From the NCBI GenBank assembly GCA_020721745.1, contig DYMC01000001.1:1-34480 (forward strand): a DNA stretch of 34,480 nt, written 5' to 3'. Made by a program: the position numbers and the translations under genes. Each line of letters starts with the position of its first letter. Position 1 is the stretch's first letter. The DNA comes from Lentisphaera sp. Its GTDB lineage: Bacteria; Verrucomicrobiota; Lentisphaeria; Victivallales; GWF2-50-93. Under the pieces are notes generated by a model that worked only from the letters and a program-made list of their open reading frames with translations, had not been told where the DNA came from and made no database searches. Shown here piece by piece: positions 1 through 7,874 of this stretch.

Positions 1-8
1 TAAGAGGA

Positions 9-50
9 GAATAGGAAAACGACTGTAGCTGTAGCAGCTTCTGTAGCAAG
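9..50. repeat. Left arm of imperfect terminal inverted repeat (partner at ~34439-34480)
   Basis: gaataggaaaacgactgtagctgtagcagcttctgtagca (9-48) matches the reverse complement of the last ~42 nt of the window (gaataaggaaaatactgtagctgtagcagattctgtagca), with a few mismatches or indels. It contains three TGTAGC units. Confidence 0.85.
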
Positions 51-113
51 GGCCGCCCAACATCGGCTCGGCATGGGCCGAGGCCGCCCAACATCGGCTC
101 GGCATGGGCCCGA
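51..113 (+). repeat. Tandem direct repeat, 2 x ~31 bp (ggccgcccaacatcggctcggcatgggcc(c)ga)
   Basis: Unit 1 at 51-81 and unit 2 at 82-113 are identical except for one extra c. Each unit has a short gccca...tgggc inverted element. The repeat lies immediately inside the left terminal inverted repeat. Confidence 0.9.
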
Positions 114-262
114 GAGGCCCTAGGATTGATTCTGGGCTCCTCAGAGCATCAGACCCTAGTCACCCTATTACCTGCTGTGCAAAACGCCTCTGGGACCTTC
201 TGGGGCCTCTGGCGGCCGGGGCCCACGCGGCTCCGCGTTCGCTCTCCGTGCCTACTCGGCTA

Positions 263-291
263 TGTACTTCCAGCAAAGTTTAACGTAGAAT
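263..291 (+). promoter_or_regulatory. Candidate sigma70-type promoter for the leftmost gene (good -10, weak -35)
   Basis: tgtact-N17-tagaat, about 30 nt upstream of the ATG at 321. The -35 matches the consensus at only 3 of 6 positions. Confidence 0.3.
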
Positions 292-320
292 CTTCCAGAC
301 AACTTCCTAAAGATTCCGAA

Positions 321-713
321 ATGAAAAAGACTGACAAGAAGCCTGACCCACAACTCATCAAGGATCTATTTGATGTTGTGAGCGCCATCCAAGCATCCAA
401 GCGCCAAGAAGTGGCAGACCAGATCATTCGATTGCAGACCTATGTAGGTTCCACAGATGACCTCTTTGTTGACCGCCGTAAAGCTGCCTGGGCGCCAGGA
501 GGCAAAGCGCGGGCTACCGTCGAGGCTCGAGCACAGAACCCAAATTGCCGCGTTACATGGCAAGGGGGCGGCTCAGTTCTTTGTACAACTGGGGAGGCGG
601 CTGAGCTTATCAAGAAGACGCCTGCTACGCTGGCTGTCTATCTCAGCAAAGGTAAAGGACGTTATGACTGCATAGTTGATGATGATAAGATCATCACAAT
701 CGAGCGGCTCTAG
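321..713 (+). CDS. Hypothetical early protein with a probable helix-turn-helix (Xis/AlpA-like) segment
   Basis: First ATG (MKKTDKK...) in ORF 126-713. The segment TTGEAAELIKKTPATLAVYLSKG resembles an HTH_17/excisionase-type DNA-binding motif. It is the first gene of the left arm. Confidence 0.5.
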   Translation: MKKTDKKPDPQLIKDLFDVVSAIQASKRQEVADQIIRLQTYVGSTDDLFVDRRKAAWAPGGKARATVEARAQNPNCRVTWQGGGSVLCTTGEAAELIKKTPATLAVYLSKGKGRYDCIVDDDKIITIERL

Positions 714-720
714 TCAGCTA

Positions 721-749
721 TTTACAGTCGAAGTTGAGTGCGATAAGAT
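721..749 (+). promoter_or_regulatory. Sigma70-like promoter (TTTACA-N17-TAAGAT)
   Basis: tttaca at 721-726, a 17 nt spacer, and taagat at 744-749. It lies in the intergenic gap upstream of the primase-helicase gene and shares its pattern with sites at 3039, 4301 and 11065. Confidence 0.6.
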
Positions 750-929
750 TCTAAGCGTCAGACCGGCTGTGTTCCTCCTCTTTCCCTTCTGGGAATCTCC
801 GGTGGTGCAAATTCCCTCAGCAAGAATTGGTCGGTCTGACACCTTTCTTCATGGCTGAGCATGTGGAACGTCGCAACGCGCTGAGGGGCGACGCAAAACG
901 CACAGTTGACAACCGGAGATACATACTAA

Positions 930-3029
930 ATGGCACGGACAACCAAGAAGAAACCAGCAGTTACTAATTCAAAAGCATTCAGCCTGGGTGAAGCAAAGTT
1001 AGCCTCATCTGGCCTCACCATCGAGGATGCCAATATCCTCGGCATGACGTTCCTTAGCGGCGAGCAGACGGCCGCCCTCCACCCAGCTTTCAAGCCGCTT
1101 TGCAGTCTGCGCCTCGACTACTTCGGCATCGATGGGGAACCTCTGGCTGACTGGCCTGGGTCCAAGCCGTTCTACCGGCTGCGGTATCTCGAGACAGGCG
1201 CTGACTTCGCCTCACTGGCTAACAAGAAACCGCTACGCTACGCGCAGGAGCCCAACACAGCTCCTGTTGCCTATTTCCCAGCCAACCAAGCATGGGCTGA
1301 GTTGGTTGAGGACGTCGATCGGCCACTGATCATCACAGAAGGCGAGCTGAAGTCGGCCAAGGCCTGCAAGGAGGGGTTCCCCACCATCGGTATCGGTGGA
1401 GTTTATAATTGGCGCAGCCGCAAGCTGGGTCTTGACTGGCTTCCCAGCCTCGAGCCTGTTCGGTGGGTGAAGCGCAACGTCTACATCTGCTTCGACTCGG
1501 ATTACACCACCAACCCCATGGTCTGCGCGGCTTTGCATGAGCTGGCTGAGGAGCTTCATCGCCGAGGTGCCTTCGCCCACATTGTCTCGCTGCCCGCCCT
1601 TGAGGGTCTGGAGAAGGTCGGCTTGGATGACTTCCTCGTGCACGCCGGGCCGACTGCCAACCAGATGTTCCGGAACCTGCTGGCTGAGGCTGAGCCCCTG
1701 GGGCTGACTCGTCCCCTCTGGGCGCTCAATCAGAAGTACGTCTACGTGCAGAACCCGGGTCTGATCATTGACCAGCAGACGGCCTTCAAGTCAACGCCCA
1801 ACGCTTTCACCGGCCACCTTGAAGCCACCCGCAACTACCAGGAGCGGAAGCTCAAGGCCGACGGTTCAGTGAGCTTCACTACCGTGCCAGCCGCCCAGGC
1901 TTGGCTCCGCTGGCCGTTGCGTACTGAGGTGGCTAAACTCACCTACCAACCAGGCCGCGACAAGTTCATCGATGGCCCGCTACCGATGTACAACATCTGG
2001 CCGGGTTGGGGTGTTGAGCCAGTTAAGGGCGACGTCAGCTTGTTCTTGCAGCTCGTTGACCACATCTTCACCGGTGCCGAACCTAAAGCCAAGGACTGGT
2101 TTCTCAAGTGGTGCGCGTACCCGCTGCAGCACCCAGGCGTCAAGCTGTTCAGCTCGGTCGTCATCCACGGCATCAAGCACGGCACTGGTAAGTCGCTGAT
2201 CGGCTACACCTTGGGTAGGATTTATGGCCAGAACTTCACCGAGATCAGCCAGATGGACCTGCACAGCAGCTTCAACGAGTGGGCTGAGGGCCGTCAGTTT
2301 GTTATGGGCGACGACGTGACCGGATCGAACAAGCGGCAAGATGCTGACTTCCTCAAGAAGCTCATCACCCAGCGCGATCTCCGTGTCAACGGTAAGTATG
2401 TCCCAACCTACGTGGTGCCTGACTGCATCAACTACTTCTTTACGGCCAACCACCCGGACTCGTTTTTCCTTGAAGACGATGACCGGCGGTTCTTCATCCA
2501 TGAGGTGCAGGTAGGGCCGATGGACGAAGCGTTCTACATGGAGTACGACCTCTGGTTGGACACCGGAGGATCGGCTGCCGTGTTCGACTACCTGCTGAAC
2601 CTGGACCTCGGCGACTTCAACCCAGCAGCCCCGGCCTTCAAGACCATGGCCAAGGAGCGCATGATCGCGAACATGCAGTCTGATCTGGCCGGCTGGGTGC
2701 GAAGCCTCATGGCGTCTCCTGACTTTGTTCTGCGTGTCGGCGACGTTGTGGTTGGCAAGGACCTGTTCACGTCGAAGGAGCTGCTGCAGTTCTACGACCC
2801 GACCGGCAAGACGGGTACGACCGCCAACGGTCTTGGTCGCGAGCTGGCTAGGGCCGGGGTTCGTCAAATCTGCGGTGGCAAGCCGGTGCGGCTTCACGAT
2901 GGATCGCAAGGCCGGTACTACGCGGTGCGCAACGCGGACCAGTGGTTGACGGCGACTCCGCAAGCTGCTGTGAAGCACCTCGATGACTGGATGAAGAAAC
3001 AAAGCGGCTCGAAAGGCTCAAAATATTGA
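930..3029 (+). CDS. Bifunctional DNA primase (Toprim) / SF3 helicase (P4/D5-like)
   Basis: 699 aa. Toprim-like segments LIITEGELKSAKA and VYICFDSDYTTNP in the N-terminal half. Walker A (HGIKHGTGKS), Walker B (FVMGDDV) and a P4-family C-terminal region (NYFFTANH, DDRRFF). Confidence 0.9.
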   Translation: MARTTKKKPAVTNSKAFSLGEAKLASSGLTIEDANILGMTFLSGEQTAALHPAFKPLCSLRLDYFGIDGEPLADWPGSKPFYRLRYLETGADFASLANKKPLRYAQEPNTAPVAYFPANQAWAELVEDVDRPLIITEGELKSAKACKEGFPTIGIGGVYNWRSRKLGLDWLPSLEPVRWVKRNVYICFDSDYTTNPMVCAALHELAEELHRRGAFAHIVSLPALEGLEKVGLDDFLVHAGPTANQMFRNLLAEAEPLGLTRPLWALNQKYVYVQNPGLIIDQQTAFKSTPNAFTGHLEATRNYQERKLKADGSVSFTTVPAAQAWLRWPLRTEVAKLTYQPGRDKFIDGPLPMYNIWPGWGVEPVKGDVSLFLQLVDHIFTGAEPKAKDWFLKWCAYPLQHPGVKLFSSVVIHGIKHGTGKSLIGYTLGRIYGQNFTEISQMDLHSSFNEWAEGRQFVMGDDVTGSNKRQDADFLKKLITQRDLRVNGKYVPTYVVPDCINYFFTANHPDSFFLEDDDRRFFIHEVQVGPMDEAFYMEYDLWLDTGGSAAVFDYLLNLDLGDFNPAAPAFKTMAKERMIANMQSDLAGWVRSLMASPDFVLRVGDVVVGKDLFTSKELLQFYDPTGKTGTTANGLGRELARAGVRQICGGKPVRLHDGSQGRYYAVRNADQWLTATPQAAVKHLDDWMKKQSGSKGSKY

Positions 3030-3038
3030 AACCACATG

Positions 3039-3067
3039 TTTACGACGGCGGTCCCGCGGCGTAAAAT
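3039..3067 (+). promoter_or_regulatory. Sigma70-like promoter (TTTACG-N17-TAAAAT)
   Basis: tttacg at 3039-3044, a 17 nt spacer, and taaaat at 3062-3067, in the gap after the primase-helicase stop. Confidence 0.55.
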
Positions 3068-3122
3068 GCAATTACTGAGGGAACCGTCCCAAAGCTTTCA
3101 TCAACCACCTGGAGTGAATATC

Positions 3123-3329
3123 ATGAACGCAAAAGAAGTGAAAGCCGCCCTGGCCGACGAAGCTGTGCAGGCCGCGATCGAAAAGGAAGTGGCCAAGGCC
3201 GTCAAGGCCGAGACCAAGCGTTGCTTGGCAGTGGTCAAGGGCACCAAGCTGCCGGAAGACAAGGCCGCAGCCAAGGCTGTGAAAGAAGCGCTGAAGAGCG
3301 TGACCGCCGGCATCAAGGAAGCTGCGTAA
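3123..3329 (+). CDS. Hypothetical small Ala/Lys-rich helical protein (68 aa)
   Basis: ATG at 3123 preceded by ggag (~3109). The upstream extension to 3036 lacks an RBS. A hairpin follows the gene. Confidence 0.6.
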   Translation: MNAKEVKAALADEAVQAAIEKEVAKAVKAETKRCLAVVKGTKLPEDKAAAKAVKEALKSVTAGIKEAA

Positions 3330-3346
3330 GCAGCCTCTGCCCAGTG

Positions 3347-3385
3347 AGGCGCCAAGGAGCTCAGTTCAAAGGCGCCTTTCTTTTC
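3347..3385 (+). terminator. Candidate rho-independent terminator
   Basis: 7 bp stem aggcgcc (3347-3353) / ggcgcct (3371-3377) followed by a tttcttttc tract. The 17 nt loop is larger than usual. Confidence 0.45.
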
Positions 3386-3411
3386 ACCTCAATGTAAATA
3401 AGGAGTTTATC

Positions 3412-3627
3412 ATGCGTTGCTACCTCGTAACAGGCCCTGGTGCCAAGCGCTACGCTGCCACGAATGCCGACGCCCGCACTACCCGCAATGCACTGGTCGA
3501 GCAGCTGGGCTGCAAGAAGAAGGACGTCAAGATTGAGCAGACCGACATCCCGGTTGCCAAGGCCGACCTGCTCGAGTTCATCAACATCTTGTGCGCCGAA
3601 ACCGACGTGAAGGACGCGGAAGAATGA
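3412..3627 (+). CDS. Hypothetical protein (71 aa)
   Basis: Strong RBS aaggag 6 nt upstream of the ATG. ATGA overlap with the next gene. Confidence 0.7.
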   Translation: MRCYLVTGPGAKRYAATNADARTTRNALVEQLGCKKKDVKIEQTDIPVAKADLLEFINILCAETDVKDAEE

Positions 3628-3875
3628 GCCAAGTCCGTCTGAAGGACATGGTCAACCACCCGCCGCACTACGCTGAGACCGACAACGGGGTCGAGTGCAT
3701 CGACGCCATCCGCGCTGCCCTGGGCCGGGAGCAGTTCATCGGTTTTCTGCGTGGCCAGGTCATCAAGTACCAGTGGCGCCTGGGCAAGAAGGACAGCGCG
3801 GTCGAGGACAACCGCAAGGCCATCTGGTACGCCAACAAGCTTGACGAGGTGCTCAGCAATGAACTGGAGGCGTGA
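3624..3875 (+). CDS. DUF3310-type protein, similar to the C-terminal domain of T7 gp1.7 nucleotide kinase
   Basis: HPPHY...ECIDAI...GQVIKYQWRLGKK...NRKAIWYANKL matches the pattern I recall for the T7 gp1.7 C-terminus (PSHY...IEVI...GNILKYRLRAGKK...LAKADFY). ATGA coupling to the upstream gene. Confidence 0.7.
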   Translation: MSQVRLKDMVNHPPHYAETDNGVECIDAIRAALGREQFIGFLRGQVIKYQWRLGKKDSAVEDNRKAIWYANKLDEVLSNELEA

Positions 3876-3881
3876 TCATTT

Positions 3882-4163
3882 ATGAGCAAGGCGTTCACGG
3901 CTTTAGGCTTGCCTGAGACCGCGACGCCTGACGAAGTCAAGGCGAAGTGGCGCGAGCTGGTCATGGTGAACCACCCCGATCGCGGAGGGAATCCTTGCGA
4001 CTTCAACGAGATTCGCAAGGCCTACAAGATCGCCATGGAGGAAGCCTCGGCACCCAAGGCGTGCCCTCAGTGCAACGGAACCGGCAAGATCAAGCAAAGC
4101 CGTGGGTTCAGCTCGATCGACATGCCCTGCATGGCCTGCGGAGGAACCGGGCATGTTCAATAG
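3882..4163 (+). CDS. J-domain co-chaperone-like protein with one DnaJ-type zinc centre
   Basis: HPD tripeptide in a J-domain context (KAKWRELVMVNHPDRGG...IRKAYKI). Two CxxCxGxG motifs (CPQCNGTG, CMACGGTG). Confidence 0.85.
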   Translation: MSKAFTALGLPETATPDEVKAKWRELVMVNHPDRGGNPCDFNEIRKAYKIAMEEASAPKACPQCNGTGKIKQSRGFSSIDMPCMACGGTGHVQ

Positions 4164-4293
4164 CCCTCGCCGCTACCATGTCGTGCCGGTCAACGACCTG
4201 AGCGAGCACGAGCTTACACTCGAGTGCTGGTGTAAGCCAATGCCAAATGAGGAGCACGACAGCGATGCTGGTCGGTTGATCGCGGTCGAATAA
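4153..4293 (+). CDS. Hypothetical small protein (46 aa)
   Basis: ATG at 4153 with a ggagga RBS 8 nt upstream. It overlaps the end of the J-domain gene. Confidence 0.45.
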   Translation: MFNSPRRYHVVPVNDLSEHELTLECWCKPMPNEEHDSDAGRLIAVE

Positions 4294-4300
4294 TTAGTTA

Positions 4301-4329
4301 TTTACAACCAGGCCGGTCTGAGATACGAT
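4301..4329 (+). promoter_or_regulatory. Sigma70-like promoter (TTTACA-N17-TACGAT)
   Basis: tttaca at 4301-4306, a 17 nt spacer, and tacgat at 4324-4329, in the gap before the gene at 4361. Confidence 0.6.
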
Positions 4330-4360
4330 TGGCCTACCTTAAACTTGCTGAGGAGCTATC

Positions 4361-4762
4361 ATGAGCGAAGTCGAGAACCCCAAGTACAAATTCCCCAAGG
4401 CCATGGGCGCTTGCGCCGACCGTCTGTACCAGCTGCGCCAAAAGCGACTGGAGATGCAGAAGGAGGTTGACAAGGTCGCGGCTGAGGAGTCTGCTCTCAA
4501 GGAGCACATCATCAACACGCTGCCTAAGTCTGAGGCCTCTGGCGTGGCTGGCAAGCTGGCCCGCGTGACGGTCGTGACCAAGCAGATCCCGCAGGTCAAG
4601 GACTGGGGCGCCTTCTACGAGTATGTCAAGAAGACCGGCCAGTTCGACCTCATGCAGCGTCGCATCACTGATGCTGCCATCAAGGAGCGTTGGGAAGCTG
4701 GCGAGGAGGTGCCGGGTGTCGAGCGCTTCAACGCCGTGTCCATCAGCATCAACAAGGTGTAG
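4361..4762 (+). CDS. Hypothetical protein with an N-terminal coiled coil (133 aa)
   Basis: RBS gaggag upstream of the ATG. No motif recognised. Confidence 0.7.
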   Translation: MSEVENPKYKFPKAMGACADRLYQLRQKRLEMQKEVDKVAAEESALKEHIINTLPKSEASGVAGKLARVTVVTKQIPQVKDWGAFYEYVKKTGQFDLMQRRITDAAIKERWEAGEEVPGVERFNAVSISINKV

Positions 4763-4846
4763 CTCAACCCAGCTGCTTGAGGGCGCGGCCTCAGGCGGTT
4801 GGTTCTTCAACCCCGCGAACGTGTAACTAGTTAGGAGTTCCTAATC

Positions 4847-5665
4847 ATGGCAACAACCAAAAAAGCAACGGCATCCGAATCCACCGCCCTAGTCAAGTGG
4901 GACGAAGAACTGGCCAAGCAGGCCGATATTGCGGCTGGCATGGAAGCCAACACTGGCGGCGGTCAGTTCTTCAGCCTGAAGGGCGGCGTCCTCTCCTGGC
5001 AAGACGCCCCGCTGCCGAACAACCAGATGGCAGTCGTCATCCTGGATAGCATCTTCGAGACCACCTACTACAAAGGCAAGTACGACCCCGACGCCCCTCA
5101 GAGCCCGACGGCATTCGCCTTCGGCCGCGATGAGAAGACGATGACCTGGCACGAGAACTCCGATCCTGAGTTCGCCGGCAAGCTGTGCATCGAGTCGGAC
5201 GTCTGCCAGTGGGGCTCGGCCGATATTGGTCGCGGCAAGGCAGCTCGTGAGACGCGCCGTCTGGCGATGATCCCGGCTGGCTCGTTCAATCAGGCTGGCA
5301 AATTCGAGCTGTTTGAGGAAGAGGAGCACTTCGCCTCGACTGCGATCGGCTTCATGAAGCTGCCCGTCACTTCGGTCAAGGGCTACGCCAGCTTTGTCAA
5401 GCAGGTGGCTGGTGCTCTGCGTCGGCCACCCTTCGGCATCGTCACCAAGGTCAAGGTCGTTCCCGATCCGAAGACCCAGTTCAAGGTCGTCTTCGAGCCG
5501 ATCATGAACATCCCTGACGAGCTGATGGGCGTCATCATGCAGCGTCACGAGGAGGCGAAGGCCACCATCGAATTCCCGTACCAGCCAGCTGACGAGGAGA
5601 AGGCACCTCCTCCGAAGCGCGGCAGCCGCGCAGCAGCTATGCCTGCTCGCGGTCGCAAGTACTGA
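4847..5665 (+). CDS. Hypothetical protein (272 aa); candidate ssDNA-binding or annealing protein by position only
   Basis: RBS aggag upstream of the ATG. It sits just before the DNA polymerase module and is followed by a strong terminator. The function is not supported by any motif. Confidence 0.65.
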   Translation: MATTKKATASESTALVKWDEELAKQADIAAGMEANTGGGQFFSLKGGVLSWQDAPLPNNQMAVVILDSIFETTYYKGKYDPDAPQSPTAFAFGRDEKTMTWHENSDPEFAGKLCIESDVCQWGSADIGRGKAARETRRLAMIPAGSFNQAGKFELFEEEEHFASTAIGFMKLPVTSVKGYASFVKQVAGALRRPPFGIVTKVKVVPDPKTQFKVVFEPIMNIPDELMGVIMQRHEEAKATIEFPYQPADEEKAPPPKRGSRAAAMPARGRKY

Positions 5666-5683
5666 TTGCAGTAGCCGCCTTTG

Positions 5684-5733
5684 CCCGGCAGGTCTGACGG
5701 TAACCTCCTCCCGCCAGACCTGCCGGGTCTTTT
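5684..5733 (+). terminator. Rho-independent terminator
   Basis: 13 bp perfect stem cccggcaggtctg (5684-5696) / cagacctgccggg (5715-5727) followed by tctttt. Confidence 0.8.
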
Positions 5734-5751
5734 GACACAGGAGCAACAGCT

Positions 5752-5964
5752 ATGAAGAAGAAGCCGGTGAACAACCCAGCCTTGCAGTCTTGGCTAGCAC
5801 TGAACGATGCGCTTCGTGAGGCTGGTGAACCGGTCTGCGAGGCGTTGTTGAAAGAGGAGCTGGAGGGGCGCAGGCGCAAGCAGTTCATCAAGCGGATTCA
5901 CAGCAGATTCAACAAAGTCCGCGCCGATCGTGAGCGCGCCGAGCTCGAGGCCAAGGCATCATGA
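5752..5964 (+). CDS. Hypothetical protein (70 aa, basic/helical)
   Basis: RBS caggag upstream. ATGA overlap with the DNA polymerase start. Confidence 0.65.
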   Translation: MKKKPVNNPALQSWLALNDALREAGEPVCEALLKEELEGRRRKQFIKRIHSRFNKVRADRERAELEAKAS

Positions 5965-7874
5965 AGCAGCCTAAACCAGTGTGTTTGGATTTTGAAACAT
6001 TCGGTATTGAGGACAGGCCCAAGTACCCGCCGATGCCCGTTGGTGTTTCGATCAAGTACCCAGGCAAGAAGGCCAGGTACTACGCCTTCGGCCATTCTGA
6101 GGGCAACAACTGCTGTTGGTCTGAAGCAGCCGCTGAGCTGGCTAAGGCCTACGCGCACAAGGACGGCGTCCTGTTCCATAACGGCAAGTTCGACGTGGAC
6201 GTGGCTGACGTCCATTTTGGTCTGGCTGTCCCCAGCTGGGAACGCGTCCATGATACCCTCTTTCTGCTGTTCCTCGACGACCCCCACCAGATTGAGCTGG
6301 GCCTGAAGCCTGCTGCGGCCCGCCTGCTCAACATGCCGGCTGAGGAGCGCGATGCTGTGGGTGACTGGCTGATTGAGCACCAGCCGGTCCCAGGCGTCAA
6401 GATCAGCAAGTCGAGGTCATCTGAGCACTACTTCGGCCGCTACATCGCCTACGCACCTGGCGGCCTTGTGGGCACGTACGCCAACGGCGACGTTGACAGG
6501 ACTGAGGCTATCTTCAACCTGCTTTGGAAGAGGACGGTTGAGCGTGGCATGTTGGCCGCCTACGACCGCGAGCGCCAGCTCATGCCCATCTTGCTGGAGA
6601 TGGAGCGCCAAGGTCTGCCCGTGGACCTCAAGCGGCTGCGCAACGATGTGGCCATGTACAACGAGTGGCGCGACAAGATCAACCTCTGGATCATCAAGAC
6701 CCTGAAGGCCAGCCCCGACATCAACCTCGATTCTGGACAGCAGCTCGTCGATGCCATGGTGCTGTCTGGCAAAGCTGATCCCGATCTGGTGCCGCGGACC
6801 CCGACTGGCAAGTTCCAGACGAACAAGGAGGCTCTGCTGCAAGGGGTCACTGACAAGGTCCTGCTGGCCATCCTCAAGTACCGCACCCAGCTGAACACCT
6901 GCCTGAACACCTTCATGCAACCCTGGCTGGCGACGGCCGAGGCCTCAGATGGTCTGATCTTCACGACCTGGAACCAGACCAAGACCCCGTCAGGCGACAC
7001 CAACGTCGGCACGCGGACTGGTCGCCTGTCATCGACGCCGAACTTCCAGAACATCCCGAAGGAGTTCCAGCCGATCTTCCACCACGAGGCGCCCGACAAG
7101 AAGCTGCCCAAGTGCCCGTTCAAGGACCTGCCTCCGCTGCCCAAGGTGCGGAGCTACATCACGCCCTTCCCCGGGCACGTGATGATCGACCGCGACTACT
7201 CGCAGCAGGAGCCTCGGATCCTCGCCCACTTCGATGGCGGCGCCCTTATGGAGAAGTACCTCGAGAACCCGTGGATTGACTTCCACGACTACGCCAAGGC
7301 GGAGCTCGAAAAGATGGGCAAGTTCTACGACCGCAAGCCGGTGAAGAACACGAACCTGGGTCTGATTTACGGCATGGGCGTGGGCAAGCTGGCTGAGCGC
7401 AACGGCATGACGGTCGAGGAGTCAGCTGAGCTGAAGAAGGCCATCTTGCAGCTGTACCCGGGGCTGCGTGACATGTACAAGGACATGAAGGTCCGCGCTA
7501 AGTTCAAGCAGCCTATCCGCACCTGGGGTGGGCGTGAGTACTACTGCGAGGAACCCAAGCTGATCAACGGGCGCATCCAGGAGTTTGACTACAAGCTCGT
7601 GAACGTGCTCATTCAAGGCTCGGCTGCCGACTGCACCAAAGCCGCGATCATCAGCTACCACGCCGCCAAGCACCCTGAGGCGAAGATCATCCTCAGCGTT
7701 CATGACCAAATCACAGTCAGCGTGCCGAAGAAGATCATGAAGACTGAGATGGAGGTGCTGCGCCAAGCCATGGAAGGGGTGGAGTTCGACGTCCCTATCC
7801 TGAGCGAAGGCTCAATTTCATCAACCAACTGGGACGAACTCCAGGATTACGACAAACGAGGAAAGATCCTATGA
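5961..7874 (+). CDS. Family A DNA polymerase with a 3'-5' exonuclease domain (T7-like, no 5'-3' exonuclease)
   Basis: Exo motifs LDFETFG, HNGKFD and YANGDVD. Pol motif A (DYSQQEPRILAH), motif B (RKPVKNTNLGLIYGMG) and motif C (SVHDQI). Confidence 0.95.
   Translation: MKQPKPVCLDFETFGIEDRPKYPPMPVGVSIKYPGKKARYYAFGHSEGNNCCWSEAAAELAKAYAHKDGVLFHNGKFDVDVADVHFGLAVPSWERVHDTLFLLFLDDPHQIELGLKPAAARLLNMPAEERDAVGDWLIEHQPVPGVKISKSRSSEHYFGRYIAYAPGGLVGTYANGDVDRTEAIFNLLWKRTVERGMLAAYDRERQLMPILLEMERQGLPVDLKRLRNDVAMYNEWRDKINLWIIKTLKASPDINLDSGQQLVDAMVLSGKADPDLVPRTPTGKFQTNKEALLQGVTDKVLLAILKYRTQLNTCLNTFMQPWLATAEASDGLIFTTWNQTKTPSGDTNVGTRTGRLSSTPNFQNIPKEFQPIFHHEAPDKKLPKCPFKDLPPLPKVRSYITPFPGHVMIDRDYSQQEPRILAHFDGGALMEKYLENPWIDFHDYAKAELEKMGKFYDRKPVKNTNLGLIYGMGVGKLAERNGMTVEESAELKKAILQLYPGLRDMYKDMKVRAKFKQPIRTWGGREYYCEEPKLINGRIQEFDYKLVNVLIQGSAADCTKAAIISYHAAKHPEAKIILSVHDQITVSVPKKIMKTEMEVLRQAMEGVEFDVPILSEGSISSTNWDELQDYDKRGKIL

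Noticed and set aside
51-113. Possible CRISPR array or transposon end at the left terminus
   Set aside because: There are only two directly abutting repeat units with no spacers, and no cas genes. No transposase or integrase occurs anywhere in the window, so the terminal inverted repeats are not an IS/Mu-type element.
126-320. Upstream extension of the first ORF (track start 126), and a possible tRNA/ncRNA in the GC-rich leader
   Set aside because: The extension starts at a non-ATG codon without an RBS, and its sequence is low-complexity. I could not find a cloverleaf or a T-loop (GTTCGAATC-like) consensus. I kept the ATG at 321, but with modest confidence.
1980-3002. Long antisense ORFs opposite confirmed genes (for example 1980-3002 -, 4889-5746 -, 7847-8971 -, 13693-14889 -, 29147-30562 +, 21285-22169 +)
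   Set aside because: They lie entirely inside genes with clear motifs on the other strand. Their translations are Arg/Ala/Leu/Val-rich and low in information, and they lack RBS sequences. These are typical shadow ORFs of high-GC DNA.
4763-4846. Terminator between genes 4361-4762 and 4847-5665
   Set aside because: There are only short (5 bp) nested pairings (cgcgg/ccgcg, ggttg/caacc) and no following T tract.
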